A stretch of DNA of 64,000 nt from the NCBI GenBank assembly GCA_041656935.1, contig JBBACQ010000004.1, positions 8,557 to 72,556 on the forward strand. Reading direction: 5' to 3'. Origin of the DNA: Patescibacteria group bacterium (GTDB taxonomy: Bacteria > Patescibacteriota > Patescibacteriia > Patescibacteriales > UBA12465). Numbering within the stretch: position 1 is the first letter of the stretch; the number at the start of each line of letters is the position of its first letter. Positions 26,992 through 37,252 of the stretch are shown here, one piece after another. The notes under the pieces were generated by a model. That model saw nothing but the letters and a program-made list of their open reading frames with translations, did no database searches and was not told the DNA's origin. The translations under genes were made by a program, and so were the position numbers.

Positions 26992-29940
26992 TTACTCCCG
27001 AAATTCACAAATTCCCTTAAAATCACAATAACCACAATTGAAAGACGAGGGCTTAGGAATAAACTCTCTCTTCTCTATTTCTAAAATACTATTTAATAAC
27101 CACTCCTCCATTTTTTCAATATCCTTATCTTTAGCAGAAAAGCTTAATTTACTGCCATCCTCTAAATAATAATAGGTAAGCTTATCAATTTTAATCCCAA
27201 AAGAAGCTTCCGCTACTATTTTGTATAAAACCAATTGCCGTTTATCACCAACTTCTAATTTTTCTTTAGCCGACCCCGTCTTGTAATCAATAATCTCAAA
27301 ACTACCGTCGGCTAATTTATCAACTCGATCAATTTTACCTTTAATAAAATAATCTTTAAATTTAAAACGAAAATCTTTTTCTAAAAAATAGACCTTCGGC
27401 AAATCTTCAGCCATTAAATCTTGAAAGAATTTTTTCAATAATTTTAATCCTTTCTGCCGATAATCATCTGAGACTTTTTTACTACCATACCCCTCGTCCC
27501 GCCAAAACTTTTCATACCAGCCCAATAATTTTTCTTCACTTAAATATTTTCCTAAATCTTTTTTCTTATTAATTTCCGTCAACAAACCGTCCGATATATT
27601 ATTGTTACTAATAATTGGCAATAAGAAATTATATAAAGTATCATGGATAACTCGCCCAAAAGCTAAACTAGGTTTGTCTTCAGAAGATGGAATTTTTAAA
27701 ATATGTGCATACTTATATTGCAAAGGACATTTATCAAAGGCAGCAAACTGAGAAAAAGAAAAATGAGCTGGCAATTTATATTTTTCTATCTCTTTTTTAA
27801 TCTCTGGTTTTTGTTCAACTGTTTTTCTTAAGTCCTTCATAAACTCTAATTCCGAAAAATTAATTTCCTTTACCTCTTCTAAATTAACCTTAGCCTCAGC
27901 TAAAAAAGCTGACGGTCTTTTATCACGAGCTCCTCCGTAATTTTTAGCAGAGGTTAAAAACAAACTTTCTTTAGCTCGAGTCATGGCCACATAAAATAAT
28001 CGCCTTTCTTCTTCAATATGAAAATTATCACTAAACTCTGTTTTTTCTTTTATTAATTCAAGGGCTAAAGGAATTTTTTCCGACCGCGAATCACTAGGAA
28101 AACGACGTTCTACTAAATCAACCAAGAAAACATGCTTAAACTCTAAACCCTTAGCTGAGTGCACCGTCATAACCTTAACTGTATCAACATCAACAAAATC
28201 ATTTTTTAATTCTCCCGCTTCTCCCGCTTCTAACTCAAAATTTAATAGCTCAATAAAATCCTTTAAGCGTAAATCTTCCCCACCTTCCTCAAACTTTTTT
28301 ATTTTTTGATAAAATTGATTGATATAAGAAAAAATTTCTCGATCCTTTTCGTGATGTAAATTTTTTAAAATTTCAGCGTCATAAATAAACTTAACAAAAA
28401 TAAAACTTAATTTTTTATCGGCAACCAAGGCCCTATGGGCTTCTACTAAATTTAATAATTGGCTAATCTTGGGCAATGATTCAGAGCTAATGTCTTTTAC
28501 CTTATCAATATTTTTTAGAACTTCATATAAGGACCAGTATCTTCTCTTAGCTTCAAGATTTAAATTTATTAAATCAATATTAGGAATTTTAAACTCTTCC
28601 ATATTCAAAACTCGAAATAAGGCCGAAGATTCTTTGTAATTATCTAATAATTTAAAATAAGAAATAATATCTAAAATAATCGGTTTATGATATAAACCTC
28701 TCAAAGAAACAAAGTGATTAGGAATATTCAAACGGCTCAATTCTTTAGAAAATTTGTCAGCCGTATCATTAGTGCGACATAAAATAGCGAAATCTAGCCA
28801 ATTGGTTTCGGGGTTGGCTTCATAAATCTCTAATATCTTAGAACTAACATAACTCAATTCGTCAGAATCTGATAAAAAATTAAAAGATGAAATTGCCGGT
28901 TCTGAGCTAGAAAATTTCAAACCCGATTCTAATTTTTTATTTACCCCTAATTTCACCTCTAAACGATTGGGATTATTATTCTGAATAAAATTATAGGCTA
29001 AATCTAATATTTCCTGACGAGAACGATAATTTTTATTTAGAATAATCTCTTTAGCCTGGGGATAATCATCTTTAAACTGCATAATATTAGAAATAGAGGC
29101 TCCCCGAAACTTATAAATAGACTGGTCATCATCACCGACCACCATTAAATTATTTTTGTCCCCAGCTAGAATTTTTATTAATTCATACTGAGATAAATTA
29201 GTATCTTGAAACTCGTCCACCATTAAATATTTAAATTTTTCTCTATAAATTTTCAAAATATTAGGTCGCTCCCGAAATAATTTAATCGTATAATTTATTA
29301 GATCACCAAAATCTAAAAAATTATTATCAAAGAGTAACTTATTATATAATTTAAAAGCTCCCGCCAACTCTTCTAATCTTTCAATCTCCAATTTTTCTTC
29401 CACCCCGCCAGTTTTCTTTATTTTGTTTTTTTCTAACTTCACAAAGTCATCATATTCCGCGGGAGAAATATTTTCATCTTTTAAACGAGAAAAATGACTA
29501 AGTAATTCTTTTATAAACTTATTGGGATTCCCAGCACTATAATAATATTTTAAATTGAACAATTCTAAATTCTTTTTTATTAAAACCCACTGAGAAGTGC
29601 TGTTTAATAATTTAAAATCAGGACTTAAACCAATTTCTAAGGCCTGCTGTCGTAAAATTCGCTCTCCTAAACCATGAAAAGTGCCGATCCATAAATCAAC
29701 ATAACCATAAGGTAAAACTTTATCAGCTCGTTCTATCATTTCTCCGGCCGATTTTTCGGTAAAAGTAGTAATTAATACCTCATCAGTTTTGAAGCCTTTC
29801 TCCATTATTAGATAGGCCAAACGATTAATTAAAACTGTAGTTTTTCCAGTTCCTGCTCCCGCCACTACTAAAAGAGGCCCGTCTTCATGTTTGACGGCTG
29901 ATAATTGTTCTTTGTTTAGTTTTTTTAATTCTTCGTTCAT
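26992..29940 (-). CDS. UvrD/PcrA-like SF1 helicase fused to a C-terminal PD-(D/E)xK (RecB/Cas4-like) nuclease with a Cys cluster.
   Basis: Walker A VVAGAGTGKTT. Helicase motifs through VDEFQDTN. C-terminal ..IDYKTG.. and CGYCDFKGIC plus an earlier Cys, consistent with an Fe-S-type nuclease domain. Confidence 0.8.
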   Translation of the reverse strand: MNEELKKLNKEQLSAVKHEDGPLLVVAGAGTGKTTVLINRLAYLIMEKGFKTDEVLITTFTEKSAGEMIERADKVLPYGYVDLWIGTFHGLGERILRQQALEIGLSPDFKLLNSTSQWVLIKKNLELFNLKYYYSAGNPNKFIKELLSHFSRLKDENISPAEYDDFVKLEKNKIKKTGGVEEKLEIERLEELAGAFKLYNKLLFDNNFLDFGDLINYTIKLFRERPNILKIYREKFKYLMVDEFQDTNLSQYELIKILAGDKNNLMVVGDDDQSIYKFRGASISNIMQFKDDYPQAKEIILNKNYRSRQEILDLAYNFIQNNNPNRLEVKLGVNKKLESGLKFSSSEPAISSFNFLSDSDELSYVSSKILEIYEANPETNWLDFAILCRTNDTADKFSKELSRLNIPNHFVSLRGLYHKPIILDIISYFKLLDNYKESSALFRVLNMEEFKIPNIDLINLNLEAKRRYWSLYEVLKNIDKVKDISSESLPKISQLLNLVEAHRALVADKKLSFIFVKFIYDAEILKNLHHEKDREIFSYINQFYQKIKKFEEGGEDLRLKDFIELLNFELEAGEAGELKNDFVDVDTVKVMTVHSAKGLEFKHVFLVDLVERRFPSDSRSEKIPLALELIKEKTEFSDNFHIEEERRLFYVAMTRAKESLFLTSAKNYGGARDKRPSAFLAEAKVNLEEVKEINFSELEFMKDLRKTVEQKPEIKKEIEKYKLPAHFSFSQFAAFDKCPLQYKYAHILKIPSSEDKPSLAFGRVIHDTLYNFLLPIISNNNISDGLLTEINKKKDLGKYLSEEKLLGWYEKFWRDEGYGSKKVSDDYRQKGLKLLKKFFQDLMAEDLPKVYFLEKDFRFKFKDYFIKGKIDRVDKLADGSFEIIDYKTGSAKEKLEVGDKRQLVLYKIVAEASFGIKIDKLTYYYLEDGSKLSFSAKDKDIEKMEEWLLNSILEIEKREFIPKPSSFNCGYCDFKGICEFRE

Positions 29941-29997
29941 GTTTTTAGTGGGCCAATATCAACCCGTCAATACTAACCTATATATCATTGAAACTGA

Positions 29998-31269
29998 TTA
30001 ACTAATTTTTAAAATACTATTAACCTTCTTAACATCCTTAATATCACCAATAACTGCTAAATTTAAATTTTTATCTAGAAATAAATTTTGAGCTACTCGA
30101 CGAATATCCAATAAGGAAACTTTTTTAAATTTTTTCAAAGCTTCTTCTGGTGATAAAAAATTAGATCTTAGGGGAAACTGTCGGCCATACCAAGAACTAT
30201 AGTCATCACTTCCCTCCATACTAACCACTAATTTCCCCGATAATAAATCTTTAGCTCTTTTTAATTCCTTTCCCGAAACTAATTCCTTTTTAATTTTTTG
30301 ATATTCATTTAAAATAATTTTAATGGCCTCGAATAATTTTTCTTTTGGCACACCCGCCTGAACAGTGATATAACCACTATCAGTATAAAATTCGGTACTA
30401 GCTCGGACATAATAAGCCAATCCTCGACGTTCCCGTAATTCAATAAACAAACGAGAGCTCATTGATCCCCCTAAAATAATTGACAACAACTTTAGAACAA
30501 TCTCATCTTTATGATTGGCCGGAACCGTCCTAAAACCTAAAGATAATGTCATTTGGTCAGTTTTTTTGGTCTTTATCTTATAACTGGGTTTAGTTTGTTT
30601 TTCTACTACTTTAACTTTATCTTTATAATTATTTTTGGAAATTTTACCGAATTTTTCTTCTAAGGTTTTTTTAATTTCCCGCTCAGAAAAATTGCCTGCC
30701 AAAAATAGACCAGCACTTTTCACTCCATATTGAGTTTGAAAATATTTTATAAAATCTTCCCGTTTAAAACTAAGAACACTTTTTTTAGTTCCAATAGTGT
30801 CACGACCAGCCGGAGTGTCACCATACAAGCAATTTTCAAAAACATCTTCAATGCTCATCATGGGGTTATCTTCATACATATTCATTTCTTCAATAATCAC
30901 TCCTTTTTCCCGTTCAATTTCTTCGCTATCAAATTTAGAATTTATTAACATATCACTCAAAACATCAATCGCTATACCAATTTTATTTTGCGGAGCCTTA
31001 ACATAATAGCCGGTATATTCTTTCCCGGTAAAAGCATTAAATTCGGCTCCAATTGAATCGAGCTCCGTCGATAAGGCTAAAGTATTAGGTCTTTTTTGAG
31101 TTCCTTTAAAAAATATATGCTCTAAGAAGTGGGATAAACCAGCTGTCTTGCTATCCTCATATTTAGACCCCGTCTTATACATAATTAAAATTGTGACCGT
31201 TTTCAAATTCGGCAATTTTACTGAAAAAACGGGTAAACCGTTTTTTAATCTCATTTGTTTCATTTTCAT
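29998..31269 (-). CDS. M16-family (pitrilysin-like) zinc peptidase.
   Basis: Inverted zinc motif HFLEHIFFKGT (HxxEH). Typical length. Confidence 0.8.
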   Translation of the reverse strand: MKMKQMRLKNGLPVFSVKLPNLKTVTILIMYKTGSKYEDSKTAGLSHFLEHIFFKGTQKRPNTLALSTELDSIGAEFNAFTGKEYTGYYVKAPQNKIGIAIDVLSDMLINSKFDSEEIEREKGVIIEEMNMYEDNPMMSIEDVFENCLYGDTPAGRDTIGTKKSVLSFKREDFIKYFQTQYGVKSAGLFLAGNFSEREIKKTLEEKFGKISKNNYKDKVKVVEKQTKPSYKIKTKKTDQMTLSLGFRTVPANHKDEIVLKLLSIILGGSMSSRLFIELRERRGLAYYVRASTEFYTDSGYITVQAGVPKEKLFEAIKIILNEYQKIKKELVSGKELKRAKDLLSGKLVVSMEGSDDYSSWYGRQFPLRSNFLSPEEALKKFKKVSLLDIRRVAQNLFLDKNLNLAVIGDIKDVKKVNSILKIS

Positions 31270-31385
31270 AATGTTTATTTAGAAGCTATTTATAAGCTAA
31301 ATTTGGTTATTATTAAATTTATTTTAATTATAGCAAATATATGGTAGAATTAAAACATCTATAAACTATTAATCTTTATAATAAT

Positions 31386-32102
31386 ATGGCTTACAAAATC
31401 AAAGATCACAATTTAATAATCAACCAGAACAAAAAGTACAATATTATTGCTGTTAAAGACCGAGCTGAAGATGATAAACCGAGAGAAAAAATGTTAAAAT
31501 CAGGTGTGGAGACCTTGAGCTCAGCTGAACTTTTAGCAATAATTTTAAATGCGGGCACTAAGAAAGAGGAAGTTCTAAACATGGCTCATCGCATTTTAAA
31601 AGAATACGGCAAGAATTCTATTATTAATGAAAAAAATCCAATTAACCTAGAGAAGGAGTTTGGTCTTCCATTGGTTAAATCATGTCAGATAGTAGCCTGC
31701 TTTGAATTAGGCCGAAGATTTTTCAAAGAAGAAAAAGTCGGGACTATAACAATAAGGAATGCCAAACAAGCTTTTGAACATTTGAAAGATATGGCTAAAT
31801 TAAATAAAGAAAATTTTAGAGGACTTTATTTAAACAGTCGCTACAAATTAATTCATAGCGAAACAATTTCTATCGGAACATTAGACGCCAGTATTATTCA
31901 TCCTCGAGAAGTTTTCCGCCCGGCGATTGAACACGGAGCCAGTGCTATTATTGTGGCTCATAACCACCCTTCGGGAGTTCTAAAAGCTACCACCGAAGAC
32001 TTGATGGTTACTGAAAAATTAAAATCAGCCGGAGATTTATTAGGTATAGAGTTGCTCGACCACTTAATAATTTCTAAAAATAAATTTATCAGTTTGATAT
32101 AG
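31386..32102 (+). CDS. radC: RadC-like JAB/MPN-domain protein.
   Basis: HhH-like LSSAELLAIIL. JAMM-type HNHPSG motif. Confidence 0.85.
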   Translation: MAYKIKDHNLIINQNKKYNIIAVKDRAEDDKPREKMLKSGVETLSSAELLAIILNAGTKKEEVLNMAHRILKEYGKNSIINEKNPINLEKEFGLPLVKSCQIVACFELGRRFFKEEKVGTITIRNAKQAFEHLKDMAKLNKENFRGLYLNSRYKLIHSETISIGTLDASIIHPREVFRPAIEHGASAIIVAHNHPSGVLKATTEDLMVTEKLKSAGDLLGIELLDHLIISKNKFISLI

Positions 32103-32207
32103 CCGATTATTGATGGCGAATACTAAAATTTTAAAATACATCTTTTAAAAAATCTTCAACTTAGGGAAAATATTTTTTTTATTCCTTAACTAATTAAAAC
32201 TTAAAAA

Positions 32208-32441
32208 ATGAAAAAAAATAATTATAAAATTAAAGACTTTTTTTATTCTCTCCGAGATAAAAAAACTACTAATTTTCATATCGAAAAAAATGATTACTTT
32301 GGAACCCTAGCAACTATTATTGGATTAATTAATCAAGCTGAAATCTTACAAGATGAAAAGGAATTAAAAAAAATATTATCAAACCTAAAAAAAGATCTCC
32401 TCTACTTACAAAAAAACTTCGTTATAAATAAAAAAACCTGA
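32208..32441 (+). CDS. Small hypothetical protein (77 aa).
   Basis: ORF only. Followed by a hairpin and T-run. Confidence 0.3.
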   Translation: MKKNNYKIKDFFYSLRDKKTTNFHIEKNDYFGTLATIIGLINQAEILQDEKELKKILSNLKKDLLYLQKNFVINKKT

Positions 32442-32470
32442 TTTTTTTTATCAGGTTAATCTAATTTTTT
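32430..32470. terminator. Bidirectional hairpin terminator between convergent genes.
   Basis: aacctgat-ttttttt-atcaggtt flanked by A/T runs. Confidence 0.45.
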
Positions 32471-32480
32471 TATTTTTTTA

Positions 32481-33335
32481 TTATCTAACAGAAGAATTTC
32501 TTCTGTTTTTTTCCAGTGCTTTAGCGATTAAGTAGGGGTCCACCTTTGAAGGTGTTTGGGCCGGAGATTTTCGGCATCCTCGGCAATATAAGTAACCAGC
32601 TGAATGAGCGAACCACTCTTTTTCCTCGCCAACCTTTTTTACTACTTCCAAAACCTCTGGGACATCAGCTCTGGCATTGTTTTTGACCAGCACTCCGAGA
32701 TTATTTCCGTCCACATAGATGACGGCTTCATATTTTCCACTCTTAAGAAGTTTATTTCTGGCCGAAAAAGCTAGGTCTTCTTTTATCACAATAGCAGTTT
32801 TACCTACCGAAATAATAGAAGAATAAAAGCTCTTTTTATCCTCTTGCTTTCTTTTGTTTAAGAGGAACATCCCGTCCAGAATTTCGAACATTCTTCGGCA
32901 AACAATCTCATCGTTGTTTTTGTGGAAAGATTGGAGTGACCGTAAGGCGAATGACAAGGACAAAAAAGGAATTTCTCCCTTTGGATAATCTTGATGATCC
33001 TCCAAGTCAACCATAGAACCGGAATCATTCCGGTCAACGAAGATAACCAAATTCCTAAGAATTTCCTTGGTTTCCTCACCACCATATTTCTGAACTATTT
33101 CCTTAAAACAAGAGTGGACCTTACCACTCCGATCTCTTCGGCCTTTGATACCATATCCCCCGGCATTAATATCCAGGGCTAAATCATCAAATTTAATACC
33201 ACGACCATCCCAAGAAGCGGGAACAAAATCTATCGGAGTTTCTTTTTTAGTTATAAATCTCAAAGCAAACCAAACCGACACCACCGCATCGATATCAACC
33301 GACACATGAGTCAGAATTCTTTTGACTTCTTTCAT
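32481..33335 (-). CDS. Hypothetical protein, tentatively a degenerate DHH-like phosphoesterase. G+C higher than neighbours.
   Basis: N-terminal THVSVDIDAVVS resembles DHH motif I. A later EDHQD could be a degenerate DHH motif. Weak evidence. Confidence 0.35.
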   Translation of the reverse strand: MKEVKRILTHVSVDIDAVVSVWFALRFITKKETPIDFVPASWDGRGIKFDDLALDINAGGYGIKGRRDRSGKVHSCFKEIVQKYGGEETKEILRNLVIFVDRNDSGSMVDLEDHQDYPKGEIPFLSLSFALRSLQSFHKNNDEIVCRRMFEILDGMFLLNKRKQEDKKSFYSSIISVGKTAIVIKEDLAFSARNKLLKSGKYEAVIYVDGNNLGVLVKNNARADVPEVLEVVKKVGEEKEWFAHSAGYLYCRGCRKSPAQTPSKVDPYLIAKALEKNRRNSSVR

Positions 33336-33374
33336 TTTTTATCTCCTTTTATATTTAATTTTTAATGAATCTAA

Positions 33375-34655
33375 TTAATCGGATACTATATCACATTTAA
33401 AATAAAAAGTCAAGGATATAATAAAAAACATAAATAATAGGCCAAAAGGCAGGCTCCATAACCAATGATCTAAGGTCATAAACACGAAAAGCCCTATAAA
33501 CACAGGGAAATAGTAAATATTAACTATATTTTTTCTGATGATACATAATAAGAAAGAACAGAAGAAAATAAAGCCCCACAAACCAATCTCAGCCCAAGAT
33601 AATAAAAAAACATTATGGACTGGTTGAGCTTGATAGGCCTTCCAATCCGGATTTAAAGCCAAAAGTTCATTGTGATAAGACCCCAAACCAACTCCTATCC
33701 AAGGACTGTCTTTTATTATCTTAAAAGATGTTTTTAATTGGTCCGATCTTTCATCGATAGATATTTTTTCTAAACGGGAATCAATCTTAAAACGATTAAT
33801 TAATAATGGCTGAAAAACGAAGAAAAAAACTAAAAGAAAAACAAGGGAAAAAGAAAAAACAGGAAGATATTTTTGAAAGTTCTTTTTTTCGAAAAAAGAG
33901 ACAAAAAATAAAAATAATAATGACAACCCTAAGGCCAAATAAGCTCCCCGAGAAAAAGATACTAATAGGGCTAATAATAATAAAGCTAAAGATAAATAGA
34001 AAAAAATTTTCTTGGGAAGAACAAAATCATTTTTATAAAAAAATAAAATTAAGAAAATTACTCCAAAAAACATCAAAGCCCCAAAAATATTAGGATGCTC
34101 GGTTCCACCATAAGCTCGCCCAAATCTCCCCCAATCATTTTCCACCACCGAAACTCCCAAAACTGAAGCCGAATGACTAGCGATACCTAAATATTTATTA
34201 GAAAAAGTTTCTTGACTGAAGAATTGAAAAATTCCTAAACCGGCCTGTATTAAAATAGCTAATAAAAAGACCGAAATAATTTTTTTAAAATTAAATTTAA
34301 ATTGAGTCATTAAAAATAACAGCCCAATAGCTAATAAAAATAAAAAATATTTAAAAATAGACACTCCTCGAACACTGGAGATAAAAACAGAGATAAAAAT
34401 AAAAAACTCTAAGCCCGCCAGAATTACCCAGTATCTAGCAAAGTCGAATTTCTCAACAAATTCCCTTCGCTTATACCGGATTAAATAAAAAATAAATAAT
34501 ATTAAAATTAAACCTAAAACTAAATAATTCAAATAAAGAGCTATTTCATTATAATTGGTTTCAGCGGGGAAAATAATTAATTTTGTTTGCCAAAAGAAAA
34601 TAAAAACAAAGAAAAGAAAAGAATATTCAATTATTTTTTTTATTTTTTGTTCCAT
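33375..34655 (-). CDS. O-antigen ligase/Wzy_C-family polytopic membrane protein.
   Basis: About 10 TM helices. SFSRGAYLALGL loop motif typical of the Wzy_C/WaaL family. Confidence 0.5.
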   Translation of the reverse strand: MEQKIKKIIEYSFLFFVFIFFWQTKLIIFPAETNYNEIALYLNYLVLGLILILFIFYLIRYKRREFVEKFDFARYWVILAGLEFFIFISVFISSVRGVSIFKYFLFLLAIGLLFLMTQFKFNFKKIISVFLLAILIQAGLGIFQFFSQETFSNKYLGIASHSASVLGVSVVENDWGRFGRAYGGTEHPNIFGALMFFGVIFLILFFYKNDFVLPKKIFFYLSLALLLLALLVSFSRGAYLALGLSLLFLFFVSFFEKKNFQKYLPVFSFSLVFLLVFFFVFQPLLINRFKIDSRLEKISIDERSDQLKTSFKIIKDSPWIGVGLGSYHNELLALNPDWKAYQAQPVHNVFLLSWAEIGLWGFIFFCSFLLCIIRKNIVNIYYFPVFIGLFVFMTLDHWLWSLPFGLLFMFFIISLTFYFKCDIVSD

Positions 34656-34674
34656 ATTTGAAAATATAATAAAA

Positions 34675-35583
34675 TTATTTAATATTATCTAAACACTCTT
34701 CGTATTTTTCTATAAAAACAGATCTTCTTTCTTCTAAAAATAGTTTAATAATATTATCTTCTAATAAAACTCCTGACGATTTTCCAACCTGATCTTTTAA
34801 TTTTTTTGGCATTATTCTAAGTTGAATTTTTTTAGAAAATTTTTCAAGAAAATCTAGGAAACCGAAAGAAAAATTATTCTCTCGATTTTTCTCTTCTTCT
34901 AAAAAAGATAAATTTTGATCGTCTAAGTTTAAATTCGGCAAATATTTTTTTACCCAATAATTAGCTTTATAAAATTTACTAAAAATATTTTTATAATTAT
35001 AAATAACCTCTATCCCAGCTAACCAATAAACGGAATAAAGGTCTTTGGCGTTATAAGAATAATTTTCTAAATCGAGATTATCATTACTGATATAAAAACT
35101 TAAGCAAATTTTATTTCTTTTGGTTTTTTTATTAGGCCTCAAACCTAATGATTTAGCTAAAAAAGTGCAAAAGAATCTGGTTAACCAAATTCTTCGACTA
35201 GAAGTAATTATAAAAAAATCAATATCACTTTTTCCTCTCAAATTATGATCACCAATAATATTAGAAACTGCTATCCCCTGAATAAACGGCCACAACGAAA
35301 TAAGTCGGGAAAATCTCTTGGCTTTTTTTATTTTCTGATTAAAATAATTCAAAGTTTTAAATCTTTCTTCAACTATTGATTCTCTACCTTTAAAAAAATA
35401 AAATCCTTTTTTATTTTCAACCTTATCTGATAAATTTTCCAATTCGTCGATAATATCGCTTAGGTTAGTAGAATAATTTACATATTTAAAAATTTCATAG
35501 GTAGTTAGGGGGTGAGAAAATAAATCAAACCAGATGATGGTTTTTAATATTTCTTCTTTTAAGTTTTTATTTTCATTATTCAT
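34675..35583 (-). CDS. Hypothetical protein.
   Basis: ORF only. KSDIDFFIIT could indicate a nucleotidyltransferase-like fold; weak. Confidence 0.4.
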   Translation of the reverse strand: MNNENKNLKEEILKTIIWFDLFSHPLTTYEIFKYVNYSTNLSDIIDELENLSDKVENKKGFYFFKGRESIVEERFKTLNYFNQKIKKAKRFSRLISLWPFIQGIAVSNIIGDHNLRGKSDIDFFIITSSRRIWLTRFFCTFLAKSLGLRPNKKTKRNKICLSFYISNDNLDLENYSYNAKDLYSVYWLAGIEVIYNYKNIFSKFYKANYWVKKYLPNLNLDDQNLSFLEEEKNRENNFSFGFLDFLEKFSKKIQLRIMPKKLKDQVGKSSGVLLEDNIIKLFLEERRSVFIEKYEECLDNIK

Positions 35584-35627
35584 TGCTTATGTAATTCTTT
35601 TTATGGAACTTTTTTTAACCCTCCTTC

Positions 35628-35801
35628 GCCAAGTATAGCCACTTCGTGGCACTTGGCTACGGCGGGCAAGCATAAAAAGTGTCTAAAAAAACTTAACGAA
35701 CTAAAAAATTTTGGATTACTCACTATAGCTTTTTTATGCCACTTTTTTAAAAAAGTGGCGCAAAAACTTAGCGAACTTTAAAATTTTGGATTACTCATTA
35801 T
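35628..35801. repeat. Two tandem structured units. Each is a GC-containing hairpin followed by a conserved roughly 40-nt box.
   Basis: Hairpin A gccaagt-ata-gccac-ttc-gtggc-acttggc (35628-35657). Box 1 at 35685-35726. Hairpin B gccactttttt/aaaaaagtggc (35738-35759). Box 2 at 35762-35801. Boxes about 88% identical. Confidence 0.6.
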
Positions 35802-35910
35802 GAAACCTAGCAAAATTTTTAACTCGGCTTCGCCTCAAACAAAAAAATTTTGCACGGTTTCTACATTCGTAATTGGTCCAAAATTTTTCAACGTTCGTGG
35901 AAAAAGACTA

Positions 35911-36996
35911 TTAACCCCTAGGTTTGTCTATTTCCAATGTCTCCAAATCTGATTTTTTTTCAGTAATTCGAGCCACGTCTTTATCTATTTTTTTAAATTC
36001 CTTATAAGCACTATTATAATGATTAACCGTAGTTGACATACTGTTGCCCAATTTTTTCATAAAATCATCATAACTAAGTAGATGACGACTTAAGCTCTCT
36101 ACATTTTTACGGATATTTTTAGCTCCCTCTTCAATTTGTAAGGCGCGCAATCCTTGTAAAATTGTCTGTAAATAGGCAGCGAAAGTTGTTGGAGAAACAA
36201 TAATAACGCGCTTCTCGCCGAAAGCATAGTCAACCAAACTGCGAGTATTAACCTTGACGGCTCCAACCTCATTAATTAGTAAATCATAATAAATAGCTTC
36301 GGCTGGAATAAACATTAGAGCAAAATCCATAGTTCCCTCCTTAACTCGAATATATTTAGCCGTTTCATCAATTCTTTTCTTTAAATCATTTCTAAACTCT
36401 TTTTCTAGAACTAATTTTTTATCGGCATCGTTTTCATTTAGAATCCGATTATAATTATCAAGAGAAAACTTAGCGTCAACTGGAATTAATCCTTCCTTGG
36501 TAGTAATAACCGCATCAACGGTGTCACCGTCTTTGAATTGATATTGTAAGGTATAGGCGGTTGGAGGTAAAATATTTTCTAAAACTAATTTTAAACCAGC
36601 CTCCCCCAAATTTCCTCGCTTTTTTTGGTTGGTCAAAACTCTTTCTAAATTATTTAATTGTTCAGAAAAACTAATGACCTGCTTATTGGTCTCGTCTAGC
36701 TTGGTTAATTTTTCAGTAATCTCAGCAATTTGCTTGGATGATTGATTGGAAATCCCTTGCATTAATTGGCTGGACTTATAAGCGCTTTCTTGATTGGCTT
36801 TATGAGTTTCACTTAATTTCCTATCTAATTCTTGACGGAGGTTTTCATTTTGTCGACTCAATTCACTTAATTTTTCGGCCAAAATCAATAATTTTTCATC
36901 AGATTTCCCACCAGAAGCGTTTTTGAAAAATGAGTAAATTAAAAAACCGACTGAAGCGATTAATATGATTAATAAAATAATTACTGCTATAGTCAT
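35911..36996 (-). CDS. rmuC: RmuC-family DNA recombination protein.
   Basis: N-terminal TM. Long coiled coil. C-terminal RmuC-like domain (..FALMFIPAEAIYYDLL..). Confidence 0.65.
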   Translation of the reverse strand: MTIAVIILLIILIASVGFLIYSFFKNASGGKSDEKLLILAEKLSELSRQNENLRQELDRKLSETHKANQESAYKSSQLMQGISNQSSKQIAEITEKLTKLDETNKQVISFSEQLNNLERVLTNQKKRGNLGEAGLKLVLENILPPTAYTLQYQFKDGDTVDAVITTKEGLIPVDAKFSLDNYNRILNENDADKKLVLEKEFRNDLKKRIDETAKYIRVKEGTMDFALMFIPAEAIYYDLLINEVGAVKVNTRSLVDYAFGEKRVIIVSPTTFAAYLQTILQGLRALQIEEGAKNIRKNVESLSRHLLSYDDFMKKLGNSMSTTVNHYNSAYKEFKKIDKDVARITEKKSDLETLEIDKPRG

Positions 36997-37194
36997 ATTT
37001 TATAAGTTAATAATTATACTTTTATTATATCATAAACTTATTATATTATAAATAAAACCATAATTAAAAATAATTCAGACAAAAACATGAAAAGAAAATC
37101 TAGGCCAGATGATAAATTTTAAAATTGTATATTTTGGCTAATTTTAGCTAAAAAGTATATATAAAGACCGAAATTAGACCCTAAAAATCTATGC

Positions 37195-37225
37195 AAAAAA
37201 GAGGTTTAAATTTAAACCTCTTTTC
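37195..37225. terminator. Intrinsic terminator downstream of gyrA.
   Basis: aaaaaa-gaggtttaaatttaaacctc-ttttc. Perfect 20-nt palindrome. Confidence 0.6.
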
Positions 37226-37252
37226 ACTATATCAACAATATTTTAAACTTAC

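Noticed and set aside
35711-35728. ggATTACTCACTATAGc in the tandem boxes matches the core of the phage T7 promoter (ACTCACTATAG) 11 out of 11. The second copy has one mismatch.
   Set aside because: No single-subunit phage RNAP or other phage genes are in the window. The upstream specificity region (TAATACGAC) is absent. Most likely chance in AT-rich sequence, or part of an unrelated RNA motif.
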